Shown: positions 1-14,647 of the stretch, one piece after another
Layout: the number at the start of each line of letters is the position of its first letter
Position numbering within the stretch: the stretch's first letter is position 1
Assembly (NCBI RefSeq): GCF_902652985.1
Contig: NC_047016.1
Location: 13,950,001-14,014,000 of the forward strand
Direction of reading: 5' to 3'
DNA length: 64,000 nucleotides
Source of the DNA: Pecten maximus
Lineage: Eukaryota
Program-made: the position numbers and the translations under genes
Notes under the pieces: generated by a model
What the model was told of the DNA's origin: nothing
Databases searched by the model: none
What the model saw: only the letters and a program-made list of their open reading frames with translations

Positions 1-347
1 GGTCCATCATTATCTAGGATCTAAATAAAGATGAACTTTTCCACACAAAGATTAACTGTTTGAAAAAAAATATCTGAAATAATGGGAATGGTTTAATCGC
101 TGCATTGTAAATTTTAACAATGTTAACTTTTTCGCGTTGCTCATATGAATACAGTTGATGTTTATTTAAATACTGGAAATTATACAGTGTAAGGGAGATA
201 ATCTGTTATTTTGGTGGAATTTATCTTTTCTGTGTATTCTTTTAAGAGGAACTTCAGTATACAAAAAATATAAATGTGCATTTCTTTATTAAACTTTTTC
301 CCTGTGCATTGTTTAGTGTTTTGTCTCGATTGACATGCCTACTCTTT

Positions 348-441
348 ATCTACACAGGGTGACTCAGTGTTGTCTTTACCTACACAGGGTGACTGAGTGT
401 TGTTTTAATGTACACAGGGTGACTCAGTGTTGCCTTCACCT
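348..441. repeat. 30-bp tandem repeat, about 3 copies (intronic)
   Basis: TACACAGGGTGACT(C/G)AGTGTTG recurs at 351, 381 and 411. Confidence 0.85.
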
Positions 442-509
442 GTAGTGTGACATTCATGAGTGTATTTCATTGCAAAAACTTATAGAGAATGTAATTTCTT
501 TTTTCACAG

Positions 510-3500
510 GCTTGAAGTAGCTGTAGAGCCATGGATGGAAGGGCTTATTCCAGCTCTCTGTCAATTACTTGGACACCCTTATAAAGAAATTGAGGTAGGT
601 CTTTGTAGTGTCAAGGCCTCAGGTGATAACAAGTCCCAAACTGAAAATTCATCAAAAAGTGACATTTCTAAGGAGATGGAAAATTCGGAATATTTGAAAG
701 ATGAACATAAAACAGAAGCAAATGGAGATACATTTCAAAAAAACATGAGCAATATAAGAAAAGAGGAGGGAGCATCTGGTGGACTATCAAATGATAAGAT
801 CAAGAAGAGCAGTGTATCCGAAGTTGAATATGCCACCCTACAAACTTCAGTATTACCATTGAGTGGGGAAGCACTTGCGATACCAGCACTGTCTCAAGCC
901 TATCTTAGTCTGGAATACCTCAACACAGAGATGGAAGTAAGTATTGACTTAATTCACTAAAGTTGAAATGTGCCTTTTAACAATTAGGATTGGATATGCA
1001 GCATCATGCAGTCTTGCATATTCCATAAAAACAGAAATGTATTTTTTTTATTGATTTAAAATTTGATTGACTTGTCATCCATAACAGCTCAAAAGCATCT
1101 TTTATAGTTTGGAATTCCTAAGATACAAATATAAAAAATAGATGATTAAAAAATGTATTCAATGTACAACGAATGTTGGTTAATTTCGTAGGACAACAAT
1201 ATTGGTGAAACAATAATCCAAAATGGAGTCCCATTTCCTTCTGCTGCTTCATCTGTAACTATGGCAACAGTATTATCTAGCACTGTGATGACACATCCAG
1301 AGGCTTTAAAGAAGACCATCAGTCTACGTCTGGGCATTGAGGTTTGTATTTGCATCATATTTCATTAATTCTCCAAATGCATGATATACCTTAGTTAAAA
1401 TTTTAAACCTATTAAACGTTTATTTCATTTAACTCTTGTCAGATCTCCTAAATGATAAGATCTGTGAAAAAAAACCTTGTCTAGTTTCAAACTGCTGTCA
1501 GTGTTCCCAATGGATTTCATATTTGGGAGTATATTGATAGATTTTCAGAATTTTTTTCCCGCATTATAATTCTTAACACATAAAACCATCCTGGAAAATT
1601 GAGGTTATAATATATTATGCTCTTGTTTGAACATCAAAATATCTTTAAGGGCTTTCTCTGAACACTCCAGTGTTTACTCTTCAATGAGATTTCAAAGTGA
1701 TTACTATGATATTAGTTGTACATGAAATGTCTAGAATTAATTTGTTCCTTGTATTAATTTAACCCTTTGTCATCCTCTTTAATAACTTTTTTTCTGATAT
1801 ATTGTTTGATACTGATTGTTTTGGTGGCAGGAATCTCCATTTGACTACCAGCCGGGGGACAGTATCTCTGTTGTGTGTTCTAACAGTGAAGAGGAGGTCA
1901 CAAGGATCCTGCACAGGTTAGAAGAATGTTATAATGGTGACAATACAGGTTGGAACTCATGAAGCAGATTTTTTCTCTGTTGCATCCTTAATTACAAAAC
2001 TATGATTTGAGGCTCTGTGTACCAGATAGTATGAAATGTATTTTAATACTTTTGTATAGATAACTGTTAACAATCATGTGGTAAAGTGGGTGCTTTTCCC
2101 ATAACCCTATATATTAGCCCAACTCTCCAATATCAAACTGAAATTAAAAAAGAGCCCAGGAGCTGATATGAATTTAGTCTTTAAAATTGATTTATTCTGT
2201 ATCTATGCTATATAAAATTTATCTAGTTATAGAGGCAGATAGTGTTACCCATGTACATCCCGTTCCGTCCCGTTGCAATGTAACTAGCTATATCAGTAAC
2301 TGCTGATGCGAACCTTACCAAACTATTTCGGGATGTCAAGTGGCAGCAAGGGCATTTATGTTTTACAGCACGGTAGGTTCATCAGGATTTCAACAATTCA
2401 TATCTAGAGGGAAGGTGTGCCCTTCCGCCCCTATAGTGAAAGAAGATTAGAAAAGTCAATAGACATGCAATATCTTCACAAGCATGTAAATCCAAGTGCC
2501 CAGTTCCTCAGATTTATTCTATTATTTCAGATATCCTTTTATTCAGGTATGTGATCCTCATATGTAGAGAAGCAGATAATCTTGCATAAAAGAATGTCAA
2601 ACATCAAGGATAGTAAATGCTGTTTGTTGCAGACTTGATTTGGTGGATAAGGCAGACAGAGTGTGTCAGTTTTCCATTATCCCAAACACCAAGAAAAAGA
2701 ACCCAACAATACCACAATATTATCCTCCAGTCAGCTCACTTCGTTACATACTGACCACGTGTGTTGACCTCCGAGAACCCCCAAAGAAGGTGAGAAAGAT
2801 AGATAATAACACTAGTATATAAACATTAAGGTTCAATACCAATATTCATCATTTTAATGTCAGTTTTTGTATCATTATGTGCACTAGGTGTAAATACAAA
2901 GATTTAGCTTTGCCAGTGGTCAGGTAAATACTAAAGATACAGGTAAATCCTTTGTTTTTTTAAGAGCTGAGTTCTATGATGTGAAAAACAAAGGAATTTT
3001 GTTATTCATTAATATAGTTGAACTGTATTAGGATTTTTCTGTATAATGACATAGCTAGTTATTGTCCAATTTGAGAAAAATATGTTTTAGAATTTTGAAA
3101 ACAATGAATATCTCAAAGATAATAGATATTGTATTATTATGCATGACTGTTGTACCTTCATACAGTCATCTGACTGCAAAATCCATTGATGTAGTCAGCC
3201 AGGACCACCTCTCACTGACTCCTATCTTGGAAAGCCCTAAAGGTGGCGAGTCGACAGTGATTTGCCAAATCACTGCCCGTCGATGGATGGCTTCCAGCTC
3301 TTGTCCTCCCTTCTCCACCAAATGCAGCTGGACGACTTCTCTGCTGTTGTTGCCAGTCGTTGTACAGCTGCCCTTCAGTCTTTTCCCCGGATGCCTACAG
3401 CAGCAAACATCCTCCACATGGACTGTGCAGGGAATCCTCTGCACCCCATTGCTACTGCCATGACCCTAACACACCATCCTTTTGCTCTCACTTCATCAGC

Positions 3501-6500
3501 AAGGTTGGCGTACTTCTCTCTTGCTCGTATGCCTCTTGGCAACGCTCCTCCCAAGGGACAGTCAGTTCAATAATTATCATTCTCTTCCCTTGATGTGACC
3601 AGAGTAGAATATCTGGACACCAGTCTTTGTCCCAAGTCAACCCGAATCTCCCAGTTCTGAGCTCCGTCCAGTATTCCTCTCTGGTGTGCTGTTGTTTTGC
3701 TGCCTGTCTCTCCAGATCTTACAATGTTGATGTAGGGTTGTTGTTTCATACTCCTCTTTTTCTGCCTTTCTTTCTCCAACGTGTCTGCTAGCTCCCACAG
3801 AACCTTGTTGTGCCTCCATGTATATCTCCCCAGGGTCAAAGCAGTGTTGCACGATTACAGTACATGGGCCAGGTTACCAGGGCGATCACATTCCCCATCG
3901 ATGCAAGTTGGTAGGTGTTGGTAGAACATCGTACACTGAACGCAGGAGGAACTGGATTCTACATGGTTCCAACTTCCAGATGTCTGACCATGTAAGACAC
4001 CTTTCAGTTGTCTCCCATCTGGTCCATGCACCCTGTGCTCCCATTTCCACCATCTTTGTCTTTCGGATCTCTTCTTCCATCTTCCTGATGTTGTCTTGGA
4101 CCATCTTCCTCCTACCAACCATGTCCGCTGTTCCCCACCTTTGCACTTGTGTTGTCTAAAGTCCCTGTCTGCCAATGCTTGTAGTCCCAACAATGTCGCC
4201 GTGCCTAAATCTACTTTCTGTTCCTGAACTGCGCTGCTTGCTGACCACTTTTGTCCTGTCCGAGTCTCAATCTCAGCATTCCTGATGTTCCCATCTTTGG
4301 AGTCCCTGACAGTCATCACCAGCCTAGCCTTTGCCACCTGAAACTCTTCCACCAATGATGATATGGGTTGTTGTGGTTTGGCTGTTGTGCTGTACAGGCG
4401 CACATTGGTGAAACTTGGAGGGACTCCAAGCCAATGTCCTAGACACTTGATGATCTTCCTCTCAAGAGCTTCAACTGTAGTAGTGGTAACTACGTACAGT
4501 GTAAGAGTCCAAGTCAGGCAAGGAAGAAGTCCATGCTGGTAAATCCAGGATTTTAATTTCCCAGGCAGACCTGTTTTGTCGATCTTCCTCTACCTGGGTT
4601 GTAGCCGTTTGATGTTCCTGCTGTCATTCAGGCTGGCATCAAACCCCTTCCCCAAACACTTGATTGGATTGTCAACAATCGTTGGTATCTCCTCCTGCTG
4701 TGTTGAGAGCTTGAAATTTATGTTCACCTTAGCTTCCCTCTTTTCAAGATGAGACATCTAGATTTCCCCGGTTTGAACTTCATCCTTGCCCATCCAACTG
4801 TTGCCTCTAGAGCGGATATGATCCATCGTGCCTGAACATGTGTAGTAGTTGTTATCGTCAGATCGTCCATGAATCCTCTGTTTGGTGGTAATCGCACTCC
4901 TGATGAAGTTTTAGGTCCTCTAGTTTCCCTGTCTGCAGCCTTGATGATCAAGTTCATCTCCATCACAAAGAGTATGACAGATATCGTGCATCCAGTCACG
5001 ATGCCCTTCTCAAGTGCTTGCCATGATGTTGTTATCTCTCCAACTGTAAACTGGAGCCTGATGTTACTAAAATAGCTCTTCACAATTCTTTGGATATGTT
5101 CCGGGATGTGATAATGTTCCAGGGCCTTGAAGATCAGTTGGTGAGGGACAGAACCGCATGCATTGGCGAGGTCCAACCAAACAACTGCTAAGTCTCCGTT
5201 ATTAATCTTTGCTTCCCGGGTAAGCTGCATGATTGTGCTGGTGTGTTCAATACATCATGGGAATCCCGGAATCCCTCCTTTTTGCACAGAAGAATCTATA
5301 TACTCACTTGTGGTTCAACACTACTATACACTTTAAAAATTAAGTATGATATAGTAAGTGGTGATTTAAAATTAATTTAAATCAAAAATTTTCTCTACCA
5401 ATGTATCCAACTTCTGCAGGCCTTTATCCGTACACTGGCAGAATACACATCAGAAGAACAAGAGCGAAGACGACTACAGGAGCTATGTAGTAAACAAGGC
5501 AGTTCAGACTACTCACACTTTATACGTGAGGCTGGTGTTGGTCTACTCGATCTCCTCATGACTTTCACCTCGTGTAATCCACCTGTAGAAAGACTTCTGG
5601 GTAAGTATAGGATGCCTACCTCTTATTTCAAATGTTTTCTAAGAGAAAAAAATTAATTTAAGGAATTATCTTGTTTACACTGTTTTGAGAAAAGAAACAG
5701 ACTTCAATGACTGCGCCACAAGGTGTCGGAAGCCTATGTAGTGTTTCACTTTATTGTCCAGACAATTTGTCTCTGTAAGAAGTTGTACAGATCTAGAGTG
5801 TGCCTTTCATTCATAGATAGTGAAAGAATGCAGACATTTTTGCATTAAAGTACTTTTGTATACCTTCATATTGGAAAATAAATTAGATTTTTTTCAACTT
5901 TTGACAGGATCATAACTTTCATTTTTTGGGTAGTTACGTTTCTGTTAAGAGAAACATGTCTCACAAACATTCTCTAGTTTCTGTAAAGAAAACACATGCC
6001 TCAAAAAAACATTCTCTAGTTTCTGTTTATTTAACTTAGCAGAATACTTATCTTCACTTTTTATCTCTTTTTGTTCAGGTTTTTAAAGAAATGAGAACTA
6101 AATATCAGTGAATTAATTAATCTGACAGTTTAAATAAAAAGATAACTAAACAAACAAAAATTCAGGACACGCTTCTTTCATAATACAATAGATTATGTTC
6201 CAGATGCTTTAGAACAATAGATTATGCTCCAGATAATTTAGAATAATAATTTTGATTACAGAACAGTTACCCAGATTGCAGCCCAGGCCCTATTCCGTGT
6301 GCAGGTATGGAAATTAATAAATAATGCAAAAATGTTTGCATCATTACCAAGCTCGGTTTCACAGCTTAAAGGGGCAGGCCTTCATTGGAACAGCAGATAT
6401 GAGTTGCACAGTAGTTTATGAAAATAAATGAAAGCAGCTTACACTCATATTTGTGACTAACTGTGATGGATTACATATCAAAGATATACAGAAAATCTGT

Positions 6501-9500
6501 GAAATTCTGCATCCACACTGGAATATTCGGTCATGCCTCCTGTGCTTCATTTAGATATCATGTGACATCACAAACCACAGCAGGACGAGTGATGTACTTT
6601 CTTGTTCATGAACTTGTTTGGGTGTGCTCATTTGCTCTGGTAATTCCCCTTTATTCTTATTTTGCTTTCAATGCCTACCATTTCAGATCGTACAATTACG
6701 TATTAGCATAAAAATTCTAATATATTTTTTTGATAAAGTTTCACTGTTTACTATTGTTTGAATTAAACAGTTCTCCTGTAGCTGAACCTGGTGTATTGGA
6801 GGTGGCCTTTAATGTTGTGGACATCCCTAGTGGTGATGGTCGCACGTTTGACAGAACTGGAGTGTGTACAGGAATGCTTGATAGATTAACAAGTTCTATA
6901 CAGAGGCCCTATACAGACCATTGTCCGTCATCAGAGGACGGTGACATTAGTGATCAAGTTGCAAACTTGCAATTGTCACCTTTGAAGGTAAGCAATTTGT
7001 AAACAAAGCAAAACAAAGGAAAATAAATTCATGACAATAGGCCCATTTAATGCAGATTACCGTATTTGATCTAATAATGGTGTCTGCCCTAATAAGGGCA
7101 CCCCTACCTTTTTTCATGGAAATAAATCTTTGACTGAGTGTCAAAATGGTGTTCAAAAGTAATAATTCATATGAAATTTTTTGCTACTTTATGTGTTCAA
7201 TTTCCTTCAGCAAATTAAGTAACTAGAACACAAGTTTTCGCCACATTTTGTCTATTCCTACAGATGACATGTCAGTGTAAAGAGCACCCAAAACTAAACA
7301 CACAAATATGATAATGAATACATGTAGATATCTTCATCTGGAATATTTTTATGACTGGGTATATTACCGTTCAACAGCCTTGGGTATTCTGCTATAAGGT
7401 ATAGTCTGCTTCATAAAACTTCAGAATAACTTATCTTAATAAGGGCGTCCCCACTGTCAATTACCAGCGCCCTGTGCTCTTATTAGGTCAAATACGGTAA
7501 TTCATTTTGTGTACTTTTAAAAAAAAATCAAGGTATCTGTATCTTATATGTAATTTTTTTTATGATAAAGACTTTCTGGATCATAAAATAAATTTCTATA
7601 TTCTGTATAAGCATGATAATGCATGGCAATGAAGATGGACGAGTGAGAATGATAAATTGAACATCAGAATGTTCATCTGTATACAGATGAAAGTTTGTCT
7701 GAAGTACATGTAATACATTTGTACTTTTTAATTTTTGCACGTAGAATATTGAGCATTATGCACACCACACACGCAATTTTTTTGTTTCCATTAAGTTATT
7801 AGCATGTAGCTCTCAGAGGTGTTGTGCCTAAAATATACTTATTACTTTGTTATACAAGTGTATATACAGTCATTACATTGTACATAAAACTCACTATTGT
7901 ACACCCTAAAATCAAATACACACTTACAAAACACAAAGTGACGTTATGGGCAATACATACAAATTAAACTACATGTATTATAGCACAGATACGAAATAAA
8001 AAGTGAATATATCATGTAGCTTATCATAGGTAGGCTACACATTGCTTAAATACATGTATTAGTTATGATATACTTAAACCAAGACTTAAAATACAAATAG
8101 ATAATTACATGGGAGACATTGTTCTAATCAATCTAAAATAACAGTACAGTATTACCAATTTGAAATAATTTACTTTAGCATAGTTATATTTGAAATGTAA
8201 TTTACAGACATGTCTGTGTAAGACCAAATTAAGAAGAAAATAAGATTAGGCTGAAACGGGAAGAAAGAATCATACAGAACTTATCATAAGTCTGAAGGTC
8301 ATGGATCAAGTCCCTGTCTAGTTGTTCCATTTTTTCCTCCTCGGTTACATTTGGGTCCAATTGAATACCAACATAATTTGAGAAGATAGTTTCTAGCTCA
8401 TATGCCATGGTGCAGTGTCTGTCGTCTGTTCAGCATCAATTTTCCCATTTAAAGAACATCTTCCCACTAACCTAACAACCCAATAGTCATGATATATGGC
8501 TAATAGGTCCTCTCAATGAGGCCCAACAAAGTTTGTAAAAAGAAATCACTTTTACCCATATTCAAGGTCACGGGGTCAAAATCTTTAAAACATTTATACA
8601 ATTTCTTCTCACTAACCAAGAATCCCAGAGTCATGATAATTGGGTGATAGGTTCCTTGGATGAGCCCTAATAAAGTTTGCAAAAAAAATGACCTTGACAA
8701 ATATTCAAGGTCACAGTGATTAAATATCTTAAAACCTTTAACAACTTCTTCTCACTAACCAAGACTGTCAGAGTTTTGGTATTTGGTGATAGGTTCATTG
8801 AATGAGGCCCAACAAAGTTTTGAAAAAGAAATTACCTTAACCTATATTTGAGGTCACCAGGATCAAATACCTTAAAACATCTTCTGGTTAACCAACAGGC
8901 TAAGAATCATTTGGCTGGTAGGTTCCTATCATGAAGCCCCACAATTTTTTTTCAAATAAATAACCTTGAACTATTATTAGATATAAAGGACTTCTGATTA
9001 CCTTAAAAGCCTAGAATAAAGTTCTTTTGAATAAACTAAAGAAGTGGAATCATCAAACAAGTGAATTCTAGGTAAGTGATGCAGGCCCATTAGGCCTCTC
9101 ATTTCCATTTAAATGGTTTTCTTGGGAGTCATGTCTTAAACAAATACAATAGTAAGAGCAACAAGTCTTTAATCCTTGATTTATGTACCATGACAGCTTC
9201 CTATATTTGCACGGACCAACCAACACTTCCATATGTCCGATGACCTAACGGTACCACTGATCATGGTGGGACCAGGGACAGGGGTAGCTCCATTCATTGG
9301 CTTCTTGCGTCATAGAGAAGCTCTCCATGCCAAGATGGCTGACCCTACTATGTATGGAGATACCTGGCTCTTCTTTGGCTGTCGTCATAGAGACAAAGAT
9401 TACTTGTACAGGTAGGTTACAGAGAATTTTACATACTTTTTAATAATAATTTTACATAATTTTACAGCTACTTTGTGTGTATAATGAAAATATCCTGAAG

Positions 9501-11465
9501 TACTATCATTTATATTTGTTTCTTATATTTATCTCTCATTGAGCATCCTATGTCATTTAGGAAGAGTTTCCATGTAGCAGCTTATTGCTACTTTGCTGAT
9601 TAACATATAGAAGATCCATCATGATACTCCGAGCACTCCCTTACTGAACTAAATATAGAGGATTCATCATATGCTATTCAGAGCACTACCTTACTGAACT
9701 AAATATAGAAGATCCTTCATATGATATTCAGAGCACTACCTTACTGAACTAAATATAGAAGATTCATCATATGCTATTCAGAGCACTACCTTATTTACTG
9801 AACTAAATATAGAAGATCCATCATATGATATTCAGAGCACTACCTTATTTACTGAACTAAATATAGAAGATTCATCATATGCTATTCAAAACAATAGAGG
9901 TACAGTGTCTTTGCAAAGGACACAATCATGACAGTCCATTATCATGAATTCCTTTAGAGTTTGAATTCCACACACTGGCAGTAGTAGTAATGGAGTCTTC
10001 ACCTTAGGTTTTATTCATACAATGCTTTATGTTGGGGCCAAAAACTAAGGCAAGCTAGTTGAAAAAGGGGTTACTTCCCTTAAATCTTAAACTGTTGATA
10101 ATATACCTGATATTCTTAAACATGCATGTTGTGATTATTTTCACTATATAAATCAGGTGTGTGATGTTATACATTCTGTGCTTGTCCAGCTTGTATTGAT
10201 CAGGGCCATGTGATGTGACCTCCTCAATACATAAATCATCATTAGCCTTTGTGTCACATACTATTTCTCCTCTATTCACAAAAGACATGGTCATGTTTAA
10301 GATGTAATTTGATTCCACTAAATAAATAGATTATATTAGGTAAGAAATGACTAAGAATTGTATTAAAACTATTTTGCATTGAATTTGTTTAATTATTTTG
10401 TAGAAAAGAGTTAGCAAGATTTGAAGAAACTGGAATCTTAACAAGGTTGTGTGTGTGCTTCTCACGTGATGAACTAGACTCTGATACGCCACGTTATGTG
10501 CAGGACAACATTTGTAGACATGCTGTAGAGTTAGTTCCCCTGATTGACAAAGGCGCCAAAATATTTGTGTGTGGGGATGCTAAAAATATGGCAAAGGATG
10601 TGAATGAGGCTGTTATTAAATCGTTACAGGAAGTTAAAGGTAAGTGAAATGTATGCCGGGTCCTACATTTAAAGCCATTTCTTTATAAAAACTTCAATTT
10701 GAATATGAACACCATTTCTTATGTTTAAATGCTGGTGCTTGTCAATGGGTACTTAACAGATATCAAATAACTTATTATAATATTCAGAATTAGTTACATC
10801 TGCCTTTATATGTTGCAAATAACAATCAAATCCCAGTGATGATGGTTTTCCAATGATTAATTTTTCATTGTTAGTGTTCAAATGAATGCAAATATAATCT
10901 TCATTGCCATTTTGAAAGCTGATTATGATAATTGTGTTAGATCAGATCATTTTAAATGTGATAATTATTTGCATTATACAATGTATATCAGAATATATTT
11001 CAGAAAATTACGATATTAAGTCTATTACACTATGTTATGTCGACTTGAATCATCCAAAACTTTATAGACTTTGATGTCTTTTACGTTACTGTCTTTGACG
11101 TTCTATTTATAACAAAGTTCACATAATCTATTCGTACATATTATTTCACATAATCTATTCGTACATGTATATATTTTACCATTTTTAACCAATTTTTTAT
11201 CATAATGATCTAAATATACAATACGGATGCTTTTAAAAATGACAAATTTTATCTGATTTTAACTTTAAAAATAAAACATGTTTAATAGTATATTGTTTGG
11301 CCCTAAATGACCCTAGTTGTCGATGGGCCGTAAAACATAAACAAACAAACAAACAAATCATCCAAAACAATTATAAATTTTCCAGGTCTTGATACTGAGG
11401 AGGCAAAGAAACAAGTGATGAGATTACGGCTATACAAATTCTACTTGGAGGATGTGTGGACTTAA
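510..11465 (+). CDS. MTRR: Methionine synthase reductase, 5'-partial (FMN-domain exons lie upstream of the window), 10 exons visible
   Basis: Exons 510-936, 1192-1341, 1831-1916, 2633-2789, 5420-5600, 6262-6304, 6771-6987, 9197-9411, 10404-10639, 11386-11465; all GT-AG and in phase. Diflavin reductase motifs [58 protein letters not shown] and terminal [19 protein letters not shown] followed by a long hinge fits MTRR rather than POR or NDOR1. Confidence 0.93.
3165..5310 (-). mobile_element. Decayed, 5'-truncated non-LTR retrotransposon with RT and restriction-like endonuclease (HERO-like), antisense in an MTRR intron
   Basis: Minus-strand fragments [41 protein letters not shown] (RT); [34 protein letters not shown] (zinc knuckle region); [18 protein letters not shown] (RLE). 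Many frameshifts and stops; GC-richer than the host. Ends approximate. Confidence 0.9.
7060..7497. mobile_element. Tc1/mariner/pogo-type MITE, 438 bp
   Basis: 18-bp TIR CCGTATTTGA(T/C)CTAATAA with 1 mismatch, flanked by TA on both sides (7058-7059, 7498-7499); subterminal TAATAAGGGC motifs. Confidence 0.85.
8394..9103 (-). mobile_element. HINE-like non-autonomous element with internal core repeats of about 150 bp
   Basis: TAGCTCA and a GTCT/GTC microsatellite-like tract at the left, repeated ATATTCAAGGTCAC cores, AGGCCCATTAGGCCTCT terminal palindrome at the right; reverse-orientation match to the layout of 37016-37760. Confidence 0.65.
9590..9889. repeat. 50/54-bp tandem repeat, about 6 copies, in an MTRR intron
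   Basis: Unit TTACTGAACTAAATATAGAAGAT(C/T)CATCATATG(A/C)TATTCAGAGCACTACC at 9641, 9691, 9741, then variants 4 bp longer. Confidence 0.92.
11295..11357 (+). mobile_element. 3' tail relic of a SINE with (AAAC)n end
   Basis: CCCTAAATGACCCTAGTTGTCGATGGGCCGTAAAAC followed by (AAAC)n; a related copy lies on the minus strand at about 19774-19825. Confidence 0.55.
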
Positions 11466-12789
11466 AAGGCACTGTGGACGTGGATGAATAAGTTGTATAG
11501 TGTGGTTTCTCCTGAATTCATCAACTATTTATACAGTATATGAACTGTTACTATGTTGAAACAACATATTGTCCTGATATCAGCCTAGTTTTCCTGGTCT
11601 GTAATAGTAATTACGTTTTCTTAGGGCTTTAACAGTTAATAATTATTCACACCATATAGGGACTATAGATTTGTCAAACAGGGGCCACCAAGAAAAGTGA
11701 TATTAACCAATATCATAGCAGCATTTCTCTAGCAGACAACTTACATAGATTCTCTTCATTTATTAAGATAACATAGGGGATAGATGTTTTACTGAAATAT
11801 CACACCTTTAATTTGTAAATTTTCAAATTTCATTAAGAAGATAAACTGAACAATGAAGAGATAAACTGTGGCTATATTCTGTCAGTGGAACTTCCTTCTT
11901 CAAATCAAATTTCATTGACATTACTATTTTGCAAACAAAAAATAGGAATTATTTGAGCTGATATATTTATTGATCAACATGCAAAACACACCCAGTGTTA
12001 TTGGAATTTAAATGAGACTTAGGTGTTAAGGTCATTTTCAAAGATTTTTTTTAAATCAGCCAAACGTAGTATATGTTTTGGTTGGAGGGTATTCAACTGA
12101 AATCATGGCAAAAAAAAAGTTCTGTAAGCTTGAATGATTTTGAGAAAATCATTTTTTAATTGATGGTAATAATTGGTAAAACCTTATACCGAAAATCTGA
12201 TCTTTTAAAAATATTGCTGGTACATATCAATCATAAAAAAAATTAATCATACTGAATACAAAACTAACTTTTTACTGTTTTTTAACTAGAAATATTTTAA
12301 TATATACATATACAGTTTTGTTTATTGGTACTCTTGTTATTTTCATCAATGCTGATATTAAAATCTCTTTTTTCTGTAAAGTATTTTTCAATCTAGTCCT
12401 ATTTTTGTAAATATATGTACACGAAATACTACGACACATAAAAAATAAAAATAACATATATTAAAAGTTTCGTGTGACCTTATTTTGTATCTTGTCTTTT
12501 TTATGTCCTTTGACATATTTGAGGTGTTATTGTGTTAAACCAGATTATTTAATTCTAAGTCTAAGGGATATGATTTTTAACCACTGACACTCAGATCTTC
12601 TTATCTAGAACCCTTAAAGCCAAACTCCTTGACCATTCACCATATGATGGATTTAATTGCGACTTTCTAAAATAAATGTAGTTGTATATGAAGGATGGAA
12701 AAGAAGAGAACAATTTGTAGAATAGTAATGGAAAAGTGCAGGTATGTATAGTTTTAAAGGGTCGATGTTAATTGAATAAATGAGACAAT

Positions 12790-13628
12790 CACCTTTTGTC
12801 TTCATTTTGCATCTGTAAACAATTTACCTTTTGGAATTCTTCTCGGGACACCCCTGAACCAATTTGAATGAAATTTTGCAGAAACTTTCCATGGGCAAAG
12901 GTCAACCAAAATTGTTAATTATATGGTCCCCAACCCTCAGGGAATCGAGGGGCTGGCTAAAAAGAGTCAGATTGACTTAAATTTCAATAATCTTCTCAAG
13001 ACCTTAATATGATAGAATCCAATACTCTTCGTACAGTAGATGAAAGGGTCTTCAGGTGCTTTACCAAAATCTCATGACCCTGGGGTCTCATGTTTGCCCC
13101 TTAGGGAGGGAGTAAACTTTACTATAGTTTATGTAGGGATCACATTTTTGGCTATCACTTGTTTGATTTCTATTAAAATTCATTCTAACTAGATTAACAT
13201 TATCAGCATGGGATGACAGCTGGATGGTATACACGTTTGCCCTGACTGACCCCCTGGGGTGATGGGTTGGGCCAAAAAGGGTCAATTTACTGAAATTTCA
13301 AAAATCTTCTCAAGACCCAAATAAGGTAGAATCAAATACTCTTAATGGATGGAAGCATCTTAAGGTAATTTACCAAAATTTCATGACCCTTGGGAGGAGG
13401 TAAACTTCACTATAATAGTTTATACGTGTATAAGGAAGTCACATTTTGGCTATCATTTGTTGGATTTCTTTGGAAATTCATTCTAACTTGGTTAAAATTA
13501 GCTGTCCTGGAAGGCAGTTTGATGGTATGCATATGTTGGCCCAACTGACCCCAGGGGCTGATGAAAAACAAAAGAACAGAAATATTTCAAAACTTGGTGA
13601 TACCATTTAGGCCCATGGGCCTCTTGTT
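12790..13628 (-). mobile_element. HINE-like element with internal core repeats, between MTRR and IQCB1
   Basis: Ends in GGCCCATGGGCCTCTTGTT, the exact reverse complement of the start of the element at 37016; internal duplicated block of about 300 bp. Confidence 0.7.
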
Positions 13629-14647
13629 CTTTGATGTAGGTCAAAGGTCAAAATGTAATTCAGAGTGACCTACTTTTGATACATAACACACCACACCTTG
13701 CTAAGGTAAACCCCATACCCCAAGGATGCCATTGGAGAAGCTTTGTGAGGCCATAGTCCAGATTTAATCCAGATTATGATTGTCCCCTCACTAGCTGCAA
13801 TGTGAGTACATCCAATTATAAACATTGAAAACAAAACTTTTATATACAAATTTAAAATATATCATGTTTATTAATTTTCATTAATTCTATATATGACATC
13901 AATAAATAATACCTAAATGACAAAAGCTGATATAATCAACTGAATAGGAGGGACCTCTTACATAAGGCCGAGTGTACTTCATATCAATAATTATTTCCAG
14001 TTTTCTTTCCCAAGTAAAACACATATCATATAAATACATGCAACACCAAATTTAAATGTAAGAAATGGTGAAATACTGAAGACCTCTTACTCTGAGTGAA
14101 GCTGAGTGGACGGATGTTTGAGATTTTATCCTTGGAATGCATCATGTCTGAAGAACTCTAGAATCTGTTTAGAATGTGATCTGTAAATGAGATCAAGTCC
14201 AACATCACAAATCTGCACATACCATCTGCCAAATAATAAACTGCACCATAATGATAAAATTTACCTTTGTCAGTATTCTGTCTGTAAGTCATTTTTAATG
14301 AACATATAAATTATTATAATGATATAAATAAAGCTAGAAAATTGCTTTTCTTTGCTTCATCTTCTATATCTAAGATAAATCCTTACAAACTGCAAGTAAA
14401 TCTCTTTTTTTTTTCTTTGTGAGTATAACTGTTGTGGTGGTATCATTAACACATGGGACAAATGAGGCAGATTTTGATGATGAATGTTAATAAAACTCGC
14501 CACTTGATTCTCCTCTTCTAAATGAGCAATATTTTCCTTCGTCATAGTTTCTTGAAATACTCAACGACTTGTGAAATCAGGAATAAATCCCGACACATAA
14601 TGTAGGATGCTGACTTGCTGATGAGGTAAAGCACTACTGAAGTCTAG

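Noticed and set aside
3062-4159. Plus-strand ORFs in the MTRR intron
   Set aside because: Antisense shadows of the retrotransposon
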